Shown: piece after piece, positions 1-10,980 of the stretch
Layout of the letters: every line of letters starts with the position of its first letter
How positions within the stretch are numbered: position 1 is the stretch's first letter
Origin: Squalus acanthias
Taxonomy: Eukaryota
NCBI GenBank assembly: GCA_030390025.1
Contig: CM059438.1
Location: forward strand, 56,608,001-56,672,000
Reading direction: 5' to 3'
Length of the DNA stretch: 64,000 bases
Program-made: the position numbers and the translations under genes
Notes under the pieces: model-generated
What the model saw: only the letters and a program-made list of their open reading frames with translations
What the model was told of the DNA's origin: nothing
The model's database searches: none

Positions 1-368
1 GCCTCAATCGGGATATCGGGTTCACGTCACGCTATAGAACGTGACTTGACATCGTTGCCGGTCTTTCCAGTTTTTAAAAAAAAACAAACACAAGAAACAA
101 ACACAAAAAATGGAGAGGATATGCAGCCAGCAGGTGTTTTGACGCGTTGGACCCCCTGGGACACATCTCATTGTCTTGGCTGTGCTCTTAGTGTGTCTTT
201 GATGTAGGGAAAGATTTAATCTATGCATTTTCTCTGTGTTTATATTCTGTGAATTCTGATAGATTCTCTCACAGTAACTTTACCTGACGAAGGGGCGACA
301 GCTCCGAAAGCTTGTAATTTTAAATAAATCTGTTGGACTATAACCTGGTGTTGTGCGACTTCTCATTT
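1..368 (+). mobile_element. 3' end of Penelope-like (Neptune-type) retroelement: ORF C-terminus plus pseudo-LTR with hammerhead
   Basis: 3-44 encodes LNRDIGFTSRYRT*, resembling the GLNRDxGFxSxY end of PLE GIY-YIG ORFs; 280-365 matches the pLTR arms at 10620-10712 and 13675-13762. Confidence 0.8.
280..317 (+). ncRNA. Minimal type I hammerhead ribozyme motif
   Basis: ttac-CTGACGA-a-ggggc(gaca)gctcc-GAAA-gc-TT-gtaa: stem I, intact core, stem II, palindromic AGCT stem III. Confidence 0.75.
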
Positions 369-369
369 T

Positions 370-905
370 TTTACTTAATAGACTATTAACTAGAAACACT
401 TACCAGCTACTCACCAATCAGCTCCTTCCCTGGTTGTGATGTCACTTCAGCTGTTTTGCAGTTGTTGCTTTTGTTGTTGTTGGTTTTGCTGGAGGTTCTC
501 AGCCTCCTCGCTGCCGCTGCTCCGGTCTGCGCTCTCTCTGGGCCTCCCGCTCGATTTATCCTCCGCCTCCTCGCTGCTCCGGTCTGCACTCTCTCTGGGC
601 CTCCCGCTCGATTTATCCTCCGCCTCCTCGCTCCCACTGCTCCAGTCTGCACTCTCTCTGGGCCTCCTCACTCCTGCTGCTCCGGTCTGCACTCTCTCTG
701 GGCCTCCCGCTCGATTTATACTCCACCCCCTCGCTGCTCCGGTCTGCACTCTCTCTGGGCCTCCTGCTCGATTTATACTCCACCTCCTCGCTCCCACTGC
801 TCCGGTCTGCGCTCTCTCTGGGCCTCCTGCTCGATTTATACTCCGCCTCCTGTTGCCTGTGACGTCACTCCTTGTTTCTTTTTAAGTCTCCTCTCAGCTC
901 CCTTT
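370..905 (-). mobile_element. 5' UTR of a CR1 LINE with ~60-66-bp tandem monomers
   Basis: Reverse complement of 380-445 (gggaaggagctgattggtgagtagctggtaagtgtttcta) resembles the CR1 5' UTR at 5295-5345; tandem units at ~500-850. Confidence 0.6.
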
Positions 906-939
906 ATGCCGCCGCCGCCTCCGCCGCCGCCTCTCCCGC

Positions 940-1211
940 TCAGCTCCTTGTCCCATTCCCATCTCCTTTGTCTCGCACCATCATCCCTTTTGTCTTTTAG
1001 TCTCTCCTGCCATCCACCCGATCACAGACCTTCCCTTTTGTTCTTTCCTCCCCTCCCCCTTTCCCTGCCTCTGTACTTGCTAAAAAACTGTTACATCTCT
1101 AACTTTTTCCGGTTCTGACTAAAGGTCACCGACCTGAAACGTTAACCTTGTTTCTCTCTCCACAGATGCTGCCTGACCTGCTGAGCATTTCCAGCATTTT
1201 CTCTTTTTATT
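940..1211 (+). mobile_element. 3' fragment of a second Penelope-like family with decayed hammerhead (1111-1147)
   Basis: ggtt-CTGACTA-a-aggtc(acc)gacct-GAAA-cg-TT-aacc followed by ccacagatgctgcctgacctgctgagcatttccagca; core G8 changed to T. Confidence 0.6.
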
Positions 1212-1214
1212 AAG

Positions 1215-1372
1215 GAGATATTAGGGCAGATGACCAAAAGCTTGGTCAAAGCAGTAGGTTTTAAGGAGCGTCTTAAAGGAGGAGAGAGGTAGAGAGGCTG
1301 AAATGTTTAAAGATGGGATTCCAGAGCTTAGGGCCGAGGCAGCTGAAGGCATGGCCACCGATGGTGGAGTGA
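1215..1372 (-). mobile_element. L2 LINE 3' ORF2 fragment
   Basis: Translation SSFKTLLKTYCFDQAF resembles the L2 ORF2 C-terminus. Confidence 0.7.
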
Positions 1373-3329
1373 AGAACAGCTTCCTGATTTGGACACTAAA
1401 TTGCCAAGTAATGACAGTATTGAATTGAACCGCTGAAACCCACTCACAAGCAGCGTTGGCAGAGAGCATACAAATTTTATTTTATTTCATTCAATTATAC
1501 AATTGGCTCTGATATCCGGAATGAAAACGAAACATAGTTCCCGTATCTCTGCTCCCTTCCCTCCCAAACCCAGAATGTTGGCCAAACATTCTTTGATGAA
1601 AACGGTGCCCAATAAAAGGCATGTTCCAGATTACTATCAAAGATGCTTTGCACGTTTTTATTTGCTTCAGGTGCCCTGTCACAATACTTTGGCAATAGGG
1701 ACTGATTTAGGGTAACGTTTAGGGCGCACCGCCTCCCAGTCTGAGAGAACCTTCAGGCCTTGCCATGTCACTTGGTGATTGCCTCACTTGGGCTTGTTGC
1801 CAGCTGCCTGGTCTGTTTTGCGAGCACACTTTCTACAGGTACAGTTACTCATCTTTCTCTTGTGTTGCTTGAGTGCTTCACACTCCCTGAACTGCACGCG
1901 GGTACTGGTGATCACAAGCCTGCAGTCTGGCAGCTGGGTCGGAGGGCTGGCACTAAGGCGAGCAGCTCAAGGGCCATTCCATTTTTTGCAGGAAATTAAT
2001 CGAGAAAAAGAATCAAGTGCCCAATCCCCGCTGGTATGTTCCAAATTTCCTCACTGTGCACTATGGGCATCCAAGATAGCCCACAGCAGTCATGGCCACC
2101 TCATGAAAATTATATTCAAATGACCCTTCAGTGAAGCCTCAGCGACAGGATGGTGGCAAGTGGCTGGCTGTTGCTTTCCTCAAGGATCCTTTGGGGAGTG
2201 AGGTGGCTCTCGTCTCAGGACAACCACAGCCCAGGAAGCATCTGATGCAGGCTGCTTCTCATCTGCTTCTGCAAGGGCTGCCTGGTTCTGGCTGCTTCCT
2301 GCCTCATGAGTAGGTACCTGAGGGGGACAGCACGAGGGCAGCCACCTGCTACTGTCTCCTGACAGACAGCATTGTCATGGGAGCGCAGACCTGCCAAGCC
2401 ACTGGTGCTAGGCTAAGGATCCAGTTGGCCACTGAGCAGGGGAAAGGTGCCCAGATGCCCCCAATCAGATCACTGAAGCCTTGAGAGATCCTTGTCTGTT
2501 TTGCAGCCGAGTTTCTTGGAGACTAGAAGAGATGGCCCTGTCCACTCTACCACCCAAGGTGTCAATGGCAGCAGTCACAATTTCAATGCAGAAGAAACAG
2601 ATGTCTTTAGTTCCTCTTCGAGGGGGAGGCCTATGTTGCAGCTGATTCTGGAGATGCCGTTTACTCCATAGTTGATTTCCACAGGCTCTGGCACACCTAC
2701 CTGGCACACACCTTGGGGACCTATCTTCTCAGTCTGGATTAGCAAGGGCAGAGTTGTGCCATCTACTGCAAGGACACCTGCAGCTACCATGCAATACAGG
2801 GCTGGCACATGCAGGGACAGCATGGCATGAAACTTGGTTGCACCACCTTGCAGGGATGCTGCAATGCTGACCTATGGGGATGGTACCTTGTAGTGGCACA
2901 GAGGGCAGCCCATCTCGCAAGCACCTTATCGACTTCAGCAGCCATCGAAGACGGGGACAGCGGCTGGGTTGCTCCCTCACTTGTCTGAAGACATGTGCCT
3001 GACATTCTCCTTCCCTGACATATGCCTTCTGAGGCTTTCCAAAGGGTGTGTGAATTTTTGCCTTCCTATTGTGACACTCCCCCATAATTATCCGCATCCT
3101 TTTAAATTTGGCTTACATGCAGATTTTCCACCCCCACTGTTAGTCTTCTCCCAAGACCTGCCCGAGTGTGCACCTGTTACTGTGAATAATTATACAAGTG
3201 AGAGAATTGAGTGCTATTAGCAGTTGACTGTTGACACTTTCTGTTACTGGCAATTGCCTATTAAAAGTCAAGCAGGTGCCCCCTTTTTAAAGGGGCACAA
3301 CCAATAAAAACTGTAACTTAACAAAGAAA

Positions 3330-4100
3330 TTTAAAGAAACCTTAACAAATTAAATTTAAATGCTATACCCGGGGGTGATTATGCACTCCAGTCTCCCCGG
3401 TGCCCACCGGTCACGGAAGGCCTTGAGCGTGCCGGCAGACACCTCATGCTCCATCTTCAGGGCCACCCGGGCATGAACGTGTCCACGGAAGAGAGGCAGG
3501 CAGTCGGGCCGAACGACCCCCTCAACCGCTGCCTGGACCAGTTTATGGTTACCTTGGCCAGGCCCAGGAGCAGTCCTATGAGGAGGTCCCCCGACCTGCC
3601 CACTCCCCCCCGCACCAGGTGACCAAAGATCAGGAGTGTGGGACTGAAGTGCAGCCAGAAATCGAGGAGCAGCTCCTTCAAGTAGTGGAAGAGGGGCTGC
3701 AACCTCTCACACTCTATATACATGTGGAACACGGACTCCTCCAGGCTGCAGATAATACAGGCTGGGAGTCCGTGAACCGAGTTAAAACCTTATTGCACGG
3801 GGCTGCCCCGTGCAACACCATCCAAGCCAAGTCCCCAATAGATAAAGGGAGGACTCCCGTGTAGAGAGCCCTTCATTGGGGACCCCTAGCTGACTGTTGA
3901 GGCAGGATTCATGTCAGTTTGTAATCATTTACAGCTGACTTACTCCAGCAGACCACACGGAGCAGTCCCGTGCAATAAGGTTTTAAGTAGGTTCACGGAC
4001 TCCCAGGCCGCCTGCCTTTTCTGCGGCCTGAAGGAGTCTGTTTTTCATGTATATGCGGAACATGCCGGTAACATGGGCGGCCGCGAGAGCGCAAGCAGTA
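3330..4100 (-). mobile_element. Tx1/L1-group LINE 3' fragment (minus, ~3330-3890) plus short inverted copy (plus, ~3950-4070)
   Basis: HGAVPCN..FTDSQAACLFCG.ESVFHVY and ECERLQPLFHYLKELLLDFWLHFSPTLLIFGH zinc-knuckle region occurs on both strands. Confidence 0.7.
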
Positions 4101-4149
4101 CCGGCATTTTGGTACTGCCTGCTGGTTAACAACAGCGTGGCATTGATTA

Positions 4150-4550
4150 CACAGGATATACGGCACAGAAACAGGCCATTCGCCCCAACCAGTCCATGCC
4201 GACGTTTATGCTCCACACGAGCCTCCTCCCGTCTTTCCTCATCTAACTCTATCAGCATAACCCTCTATTCCCTTCTCCCTCACATGCTTGTCTAGCCTCC
4301 CCTTAAATGCATCTATACTATTCGCTTCAACCACTCCCTGTGGTAGCGAGTTCCACATTCTCACCACTCTGGGTAAAGAAGTTTCTTTTGAATTCCCTAT
4401 TGGATTTCTTGGTGACTATCTTATATTGATGGCCTCTAGTTATGCTCTTCCCCACAAGTGGAAACATTCTCTCTGTATCCACTCTATCAAAACCTTTCAT
4501 AATTTTAAAGACCTCTATTAGGTCACCCCTCAGCCTTCTTCTTTCAAGAG
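4150..4550 (-). mobile_element. CR1 3' end (outer host; continues at ~12488-12530)
   Basis: CR1 3' UTR and ORF2 C-terminus; cttcttctttcaagag joins aaaagagacccagcctgttcatcc at ~12488. Confidence 0.8.
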
Positions 4551-4886
4551 TGGTGTATTTGGATTTTCAGAAGGCCTTTGATAAAGTCCCACATAAGAGC
4601 GGCGGACCTGGGCGAGAAGTGAGTGGAGCAGCGAGGCTATAAAAGCCTGCGGTATCCAGGTAGGCCCCTCTTTTACAGCGGCGGACCTGGGCGAGAAGTG
4701 AGTGGAGCAGCGAGGCTAAAAAGCTATACAGGGTGATTGCTTTAATAGTGCGGGTCGCAGTGGTTGCTGGGTAAGTTTTTTTTTTACCTGTATATAAGTT
4801 GGCGGTTTCTAAACCCGAGACACTACACTTGTAGTGTCCCCCACCCTTCCACCTCCCCTAACCTAAAGGGGGTGAGTGTATATCAG

Positions 4887-5233
4887 GAGGCCCGGTGAGT
4901 ATCTAAACTCACTTTCGCGGGCTTTTGTTTGCAGAGGCTGGTCGGGAGCGGAGAGAGCCGAGGCCCGGTGAGTATCTAAACTCACTTTCACGGGCTTTTG
5001 TTTGCAGAGGCTAGTCGGGAGCGGAGAGAGCCGAGGCCCGGTGAGTATCTAAAGTCACTTTCGCGGGCTTTTGTTTGCAGAGGCTGCTGTCGGGAGCAGA
5101 GAGAGCCGAGGCCCGGTGAGTATCTAAACTCACTTTCGCGGGCTTTTGTTTACAGAGGCTGGTGTCGGGAGCGGAGAGAGCCGAGGCCCAGTGAGTATCT
5201 AAACTCACTTTCGCGGGCTTTTGTTTGCAGAGG
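4887..5233 (+). repeat. 73-75-bp tandem array (~4.7 copies) in CR1 5' UTR
   Basis: gaggcccggtgagtatctaaactcactttcgcgggcttttgtttgcagagg... starting at 4887, 4960, 5033, 5108 and 5183. Confidence 0.95.
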
Positions 5234-5519
5234 TTTACCAATCTCAGACCAGCGGCGGCGTTCCAGAGCCACGTTACGATTCAAAACGTGACGTGGGCAG
5301 GAGGGAGCGGCTGATTGGGTGAGTACGGCAGGTTAGTATTTCTACTACTTTATAGTTTGATAGTTAAGGTTCATAGTTTATAAAGTTTCCAAGATCTTAA
5401 TTTTGTGATTATAATTTCTAGTGCTAGTAACCAAGGGCCCTTGAGTAATTCATTTAATTGAGTGAAATTGGTGGTATTGATTTGATTTAATTAAAGTTCA
5501 ATTAATTAAAGGGTAAGTC

Positions 5520-6467
5520 ATGGCAGGACAGCCCAGCCCCGTGTTGTGCTCCTCCTGCTCTATGTGGGAAATCAGGGACCCTTCCGGTGTCCCTGACGAC
5601 CATGTGTGCGGGAAGTGTATCCAGCTGCAGCTACTGACAGCCCGCATTGCGGCGCTGGAGCTGCGGCTGGATGCATATTGGAGCATTCGCGATGCTGAGA
5701 ACCTCGTGGATAGCACGTTTAGTGAGTTGGTCACACCGCATGTGAAGGGTGTACAGGCAGGAAGGGAATGGGTGACCACCAGGCAGAGTAGGAGGTGCAG
5801 GCAGGTAGTGCAGGGGTCCCCTGTGGCCATCCCCCTCTCAAACAGATATACCGCTTTGGATACTGTTGGGGGGGATGACTTAGGGGAAGGCAGCAGCAGC
5901 CAACTTCCTGGCACCATGGGCGGCTCTGCTGCACAGGCTGGGAGGAAAAAGAGTGGAAGAGCTATAGTGATAGGGGACTCAATTGAAAGGGGAATAGATA
6001 GGCGTTTCTGCGGCCGCAACCGAGACTCCAGGATGGTGTGTTGCCTCCCTGGTGCAAGGGTCAAGGACGTCTCGGAGCGGCTGCAGAACATTTCGGAGGG
6101 GGAGGGCGAACAGCCAGCTGTCGTGGTGCACATAGGCACCAACGATATAGGTAAAAAAGGGGATGAGGTCCTAAAAGCAGAATATAGGGAGTTAGGAGGT
6201 AAATTAAAAAATAGGACCTCAAAGGTAGTAATCTCAGGATTGCTACCAGTGCCACGTGCTAGTCAGAGTAGAAATAGGAGGATATTTCAAATGAATACGT
6301 GGCTAGAGGAATGGTGCAAGGGGGAGGGATTCAAATTCCTGGGACATTGGAACTGGTTCTGGGGGAGGTGGGACCAGTACAAACCGGACGGTCTGCACCT
6401 GGGCAGGGCCGGGACCGCTGTCCTAGGGGGAGTGTTTGCTAGTGCTGTTGGGGAGGATTTAAACTAA
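5520..6467 (+). CDS. CR1 ORF1: zinc finger/coiled coil plus SGNH esterase
   Basis: 315 aa, intact; CSSC..CGKC, VIGDS, VVHIGTND and DGLHL motifs; TAATG stop/start overlap with ORF2. Confidence 0.9.
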   Translation: MAGQPSPVLCSSCSMWEIRDPSGVPDDHVCGKCIQLQLLTARIAALELRLDAYWSIRDAENLVDSTFSELVTPHVKGVQAGREWVTTRQSRRCRQVVQGSPVAIPLSNRYTALDTVGGDDLGEGSSSQLPGTMGGSAAQAGRKKSGRAIVIGDSIERGIDRRFCGRNRDSRMVCCLPGARVKDVSERLQNISEGEGEQPAVVVHIGTNDIGKKGDEVLKAEYRELGGKLKNRTSKVVISGLLPVPRASQSRNRRIFQMNTWLEEWCKGEGFKFLGHWNWFWGRWDQYKPDGLHLGRAGTAVLGGVFASAVGEDLN

Positions 6468-9406
6468 TGTGGCAGGGGGTTGGGAACCTGAGCAGGGAGA
6501 CAGAGGAAAGCATGTCAGGAAGGGACAGAAGGTATGGAGTAAAAGGTAAAGTGTTAAATAAGGAAAAAGCAGGAAGTAAGTGTCGCAAAACACATTTGAA
6601 AGTTCTTTATCTGAATGCACGTAGCATTCGTAACAAAATTGACGAGTTAACGGCACAAATAACTACGTATGGGTATGATCTTGTGGCCATTACAGAAACA
6701 TGGCTGCAGGGTGACAACGTCTGGGAATTAAATATGCCAGGGTATTTAACAATCAGGAAGGACAGGCAGGAAGGAAGGGGAGGGGGGGTGGCTATGTTAA
6801 TAAAGGAAGGAATCACTGTAATACAGAGCAATGATATTGGGTCAAAAGATCAGGATAATGAAACAGTTTGGGTAGAGATTAGGAATAATAAGGGGGAAAA
6901 AACACTGGTGGGCGTAGTATATAGGCCTCCTAATAGTTGCAACTCTGTTGGAAGAAGTATTAATCAGGAAATAGTTGGGGCATGTAATAAGGGAACAGCT
7001 ATAATTATGGGGGATTTTAACTATCATATAAACTGGACAAATCAAATTGGGCAGGGCAGCCTTGAGGAAGAGTTTATTGAGTGTCTTAGGGATGGATTTC
7101 TTGAGCATTATGTAACTGATCCTACAAGGGGGCAAGCAACCTTGGACCTGGTACTGTGTAATGAGTCTGGATTAATTAATAATGTCCTAGTTAAGGATCC
7201 CCTTGGAATGAGTGACCATAACATGGTTGAATTCCATATCCAATTAGAGGGTGAGAAGGTTGGTTCTCAAACAAGCATACTGAGCTTGAATAAAGGAGAC
7301 TATGATGGCATGAGAGCAGAATTGATTAAAGTGGACTGGGAAAATAGATTAAAGGGTAAGACGGTACATGAGCAGTGGTGTTCATTCAAGGAGTTATTTT
7401 ACAACTTTCAAAATAAATATATTCCACTGAGGAAAAAAGGGTGTAAAAGAAATGACAGCCATCCATGGCTAAGTAAAGAAATTAAAGAAAGTATCCAACT
7501 AAAAACAAGGACATATAAGGTAGCCAAAGTTAGTGGGAGGATAGAAGATTGGGAAGTCTTCAAAAGACAACAAAAAGTAACTAAAGGATTGATTAAGAAA
7601 GGGAAAATAGACTATGAAAATAAATTAGCAAAAAATATAAAAACAGATAGCAAGAGTTTCTATAGTTATATAAAAAGAAAAAGGGTGGCTACGGCAAACG
7701 TAGGTCCCTTAGAGGATGAGACCGGGAAATTAATGGTGGGAAACATGGAGATGGCAAAAATGCTGAACAAATATTTTGTTTCAGTCTTTACGGTAGAGGA
7801 CACTAAGAATATCCCAACACTGGACAAACAGGGGGCTCTAGTGGGGGAGGAGCTAAATACGATTAAAATCACTAAGGAATTGGTACTCAGTAAAATAATG
7901 GGACTCAAGGCAGATAAATCCCCTGGACCTGATGGCTTACATCCTAGGGTCTTGAGGGAAGTGGCAGTAGGAATTGTGGATGCTTTGGTAATAATTTTCC
8001 AAAACACCCTGAACTTAGCAAAGGTCCCGGCAGATTACTAAACTGCTAATGTAACACCCTTATTTAAAAAGGGTTGTAGGCAGAAGGCTGGAAATTATAG
8101 ACCAGTTAGCCTAACATCTGTGGTGGGTAAAATTTTGGAGTCTATTATTAAGGAGACAGTAACGGAACATTTAGATAAACATAATTTAATAGGACAAAGT
8201 CAGCATGGCTTTATGAAGGGGAAGTCATGTCTGACAAATTTGCTCGAGTTCTTTGAGGACATAACGTACAGGGTGGATAAAGGGGAACCAATGGACGTAG
8301 TGTATTTAGACTTCCAGAAGGCATTCGACAAGGTGCCACATAAAAGATTATTACTCAAGATAAAAAATCACTGGATTGGGGGTAATATTCTGGCATGGGT
8401 GGAGGATTGGTTATCTAACAGGAAGCAGAGAGTTGGGATAAATGGTTCATTCTAGGACTGGCAACCAGTAGCCAGTGGTGTTCCGCAGGGGTCGGTGCTG
8501 GGTCCCCAACTCTTTACAATCTATATTAACGATTTGGAGGAGGGGACCGAGTGTAACATATCAAAGTTTGCAGATGATACAAAGATGGGAGGGAAAGTAG
8601 AGAGTGAGGAGGACATAAAAAACCTACAAGGGGATATAGACAGGCTGGGTGAGTGGGCAGAGATTTGGCAGATGCAATACAATATTGGAAAATGTGAGGT
8701 TATGCACTTTGGCAGGAAAAATCAGAGAGCAAGTTATTATCTTAATGGTGAGAAACTGGAAAGTACTGCAGTACAAAGGGATCTGGGGGTCTTGGTGCAA
8801 GAAAATCAAAAAGTTAGTATGCAGGTGCAGCAGGTGATCAAGAAAGCCAATGGAATGTTGGCTTTTATTGCTAGGGGGATAGAATATAAAAACAGGGAGG
8901 TATTGCTGCAGTTGTATAGGGTATTGGTGAGACCGCACCTGGAGTACTGCATACAGTTTTGGTGTCCATACTTAAGAAAAGACATACTTGCTCTCGAGGC
9001 AGTACAAAGAAGGTTCACTCGGTTAATTCCGGGGATGAGGGGGTGGACATACGAGGAGAGGTTGAGTAGATTGGGACTCTACTCATTGGAGTTCAGAAGA
9101 ATGAGAGGCGATCTTATTGAAACATATAAGATTGTGAAGGGGCTTGATCGGGTGGACGCGGTGAGGATGTTCCCAATGATGGGTGAAACTAGAACTAGGG
9201 GACATAATCTTAGAATAAGGGGCTCCTCTTTCAAAACTGAGATGAGGAGAAACTTTTTCACTCAGAGGGTAGTGGGTCTGTGGAATTTGCTACCTCAGGA
9301 AGCTGTGGAAGCTACTTCATTAAATAAATTCAAAACAGAAATAGACCGTTTCCTAGAAGTAAAGGGAATCAGGGGTTACGGGGACCGGGCTGGAAATTGG
9401 ACATGA
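6467..9406 (+). pseudogene. CR1 ORF2 (APE endonuclease + RT), single frame with two premature stops (8039-8041, 8453-8455)
   Basis: ORFs starting at 6467, 8120 and 8495 share one frame; YLNARS, ITETWL, GDFN, SDH, LDFQKAFD and FADD motifs. Confidence 0.92.
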
Positions 9407-10172
9407 GTTTGAGTTCGGATCGGTCAAGGCCCTGTGGGTGGCGGAGCGGGCCCAGGGGCCGAGTGGCCTGGTCCTGCTCCTGCTTCTTGTGTTCTTTAGA
9501 GTTGAGGTTGGATCAGATCAGCCATGATCTCATTGAATGGCGGAGCAGGCTCGAGGGGCCGATTGGTCTACTCCTGCTCCTATTTCTTATGTTCTTATGT
9601 TCTTATGTTAGTGTGCAAAATTAAAGCACATGGGATTGGGGGTAATATACTGGCATGGATTGAAAATTGGTTAACAGACAGGAAACAGAGAGTAGGAATA
9701 AATGGGTCTTTTTCGGGGTGGCAAGCGGTGACTAGTGGGGTACCGCAGGGATCAGTGCTTGGGCCCCAGCTATTCACAATATGCATCAATGATTTGGATG
9801 AGGGAACCAAATGTAATATTTCCAAGTTTGCTGACGACACGAAACTAGATGGGATTGTGAGTTGTGAGGAGGATGCAAAGAGGCTTCAAGGAGATTTAGA
9901 CAAGTTGAGTGAGTGGGCAATACATGGCAGATGCAGTATAACGTGGATAAATGTGAAGTTATCCACTTTGGTAGGATAAACAGAAAGGCAGAGTATTATT
10001 GAAATGGTGATAGATTGGGAAATGTTGATGTACAGAGGGACCTGGGTGTCCTTGTACACCAGTCACTGAAAGCAAACATGCAGGTGCAGCAAGCAGTTAG
10101 GAAGGCAAATGGTATGTTGGCCTTCATTGCAAGAGGATTCGAGTACAGGAGCAAGGATGTCTTACTACAGTT

Positions 10173-10712
10173 ATGATGCGGAGATGCCGGTGTTGGACTG
10201 GGGTGGACAAAATTGAGAGGTCGCACAACACCAGGTTATAGTCCAACAGTTTTATTTTAAATCACAAGCTTTCGGAGTTACAACTCCTTCGTCGGGTGAA
10301 GTGAGGAGATACAGAATCGTCAAAGCATATATAGATAGAGAACAATGCATGTGTAACTTACAATTGCAGACAACTAAATTCAATCATCCTGACTGTTTAT
10401 CTGCCGAGGTGTGATAAAGTTAATCAGGTCAGCCAGGAAGGTACCACATCAAAGACATAGCTATGTCTTTGATGTGGTACCTTCCTGGCTGACCTGATTA
10501 ACTTTATCACACCTCGGCAGATAAACAGTCAGGATGATTGAATTTAGTTGTCTGCAATTGTAAGTTACACATGCATTGTTCTCTATCTATATATGCTTTG
10601 ACGATTCTGTATCTCCTCACTTCACCCGACGAAGGAGTTGTAACTCCGAAAGCTTGTGATTTAAAATAAAACTGTTGGACTATAACCTGGTGTTGTGCGA
10701 CCTCTCAATTTT
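10173..10712 (-). mobile_element. Penelope-like inverted-repeat insertion: tail plus perfect 504-bp palindrome (10209-10712)
   Basis: TSD ttactacagtt at 10162-10172 and 10713-10723; centre acatag|ctatgt at 10460/10461; hammerhead-like motif in each arm. Confidence 0.9.
10622..10659 (+). ncRNA. Hammerhead motif with variant core CCGACGA (mirror copy on minus strand 10262-10299)
   Basis: tcac-CCGACGA-a-ggagt(tgta)actcc-GAAA-gc-TT-gtga. Confidence 0.6.
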
Positions 10713-10980
10713 TTACTACAGTTATACAGGGCCTTGGTGAGACCACACCTGGAGTACTGTGTGCAGTTTTGGTCTCCTTACCTAAAAAAGGATATACTTG
10801 CCATAGCGGGAGTGCAGCGAAGGTTCACCAGACTGATTCCTGGGATGGCAGGACTGTCGTATGAGGAGAGATTGGGTCGACCAGGCCTGTATTCACTAGA
10901 GTTTAGAAGAATGAGAGGGGATCTCATTGAATCGCATAAAATTCTGACAGGGCTAGACAGACTGGATGCAGGGAAGATGT

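Larger units (their letters stand above)
4598..9607 (+). mobile_element. Full-length CR1 LINE (family B)
   Basis: Tandem-repeat 5' UTR, ORF1, ORF2, hairpin 3' UTR and (TTCTTATG)n tail; flanks rejoin as cataagag|gttagtgtgc with no TSD. Confidence 0.95.

Noticed and set aside
407..1118. Overlapping 81-220-aa ORFs
   Set aside because: Stop-poor tandem repeat and low-complexity sequence, open in several frames.
2500..3060. Possible second Harbinger transposase relic (AELCHLLQGHLQ at ~2748)
   Set aside because: Single short motif; too degraded to support without a profile search.
4887..5233. Regular repeat arrays (also 54493-54889, 44161-44253, 500-850) as CRISPR-like
   Set aside because: Units are contiguous with no unique spacers, there are no cas genes, and the context is eukaryotic.
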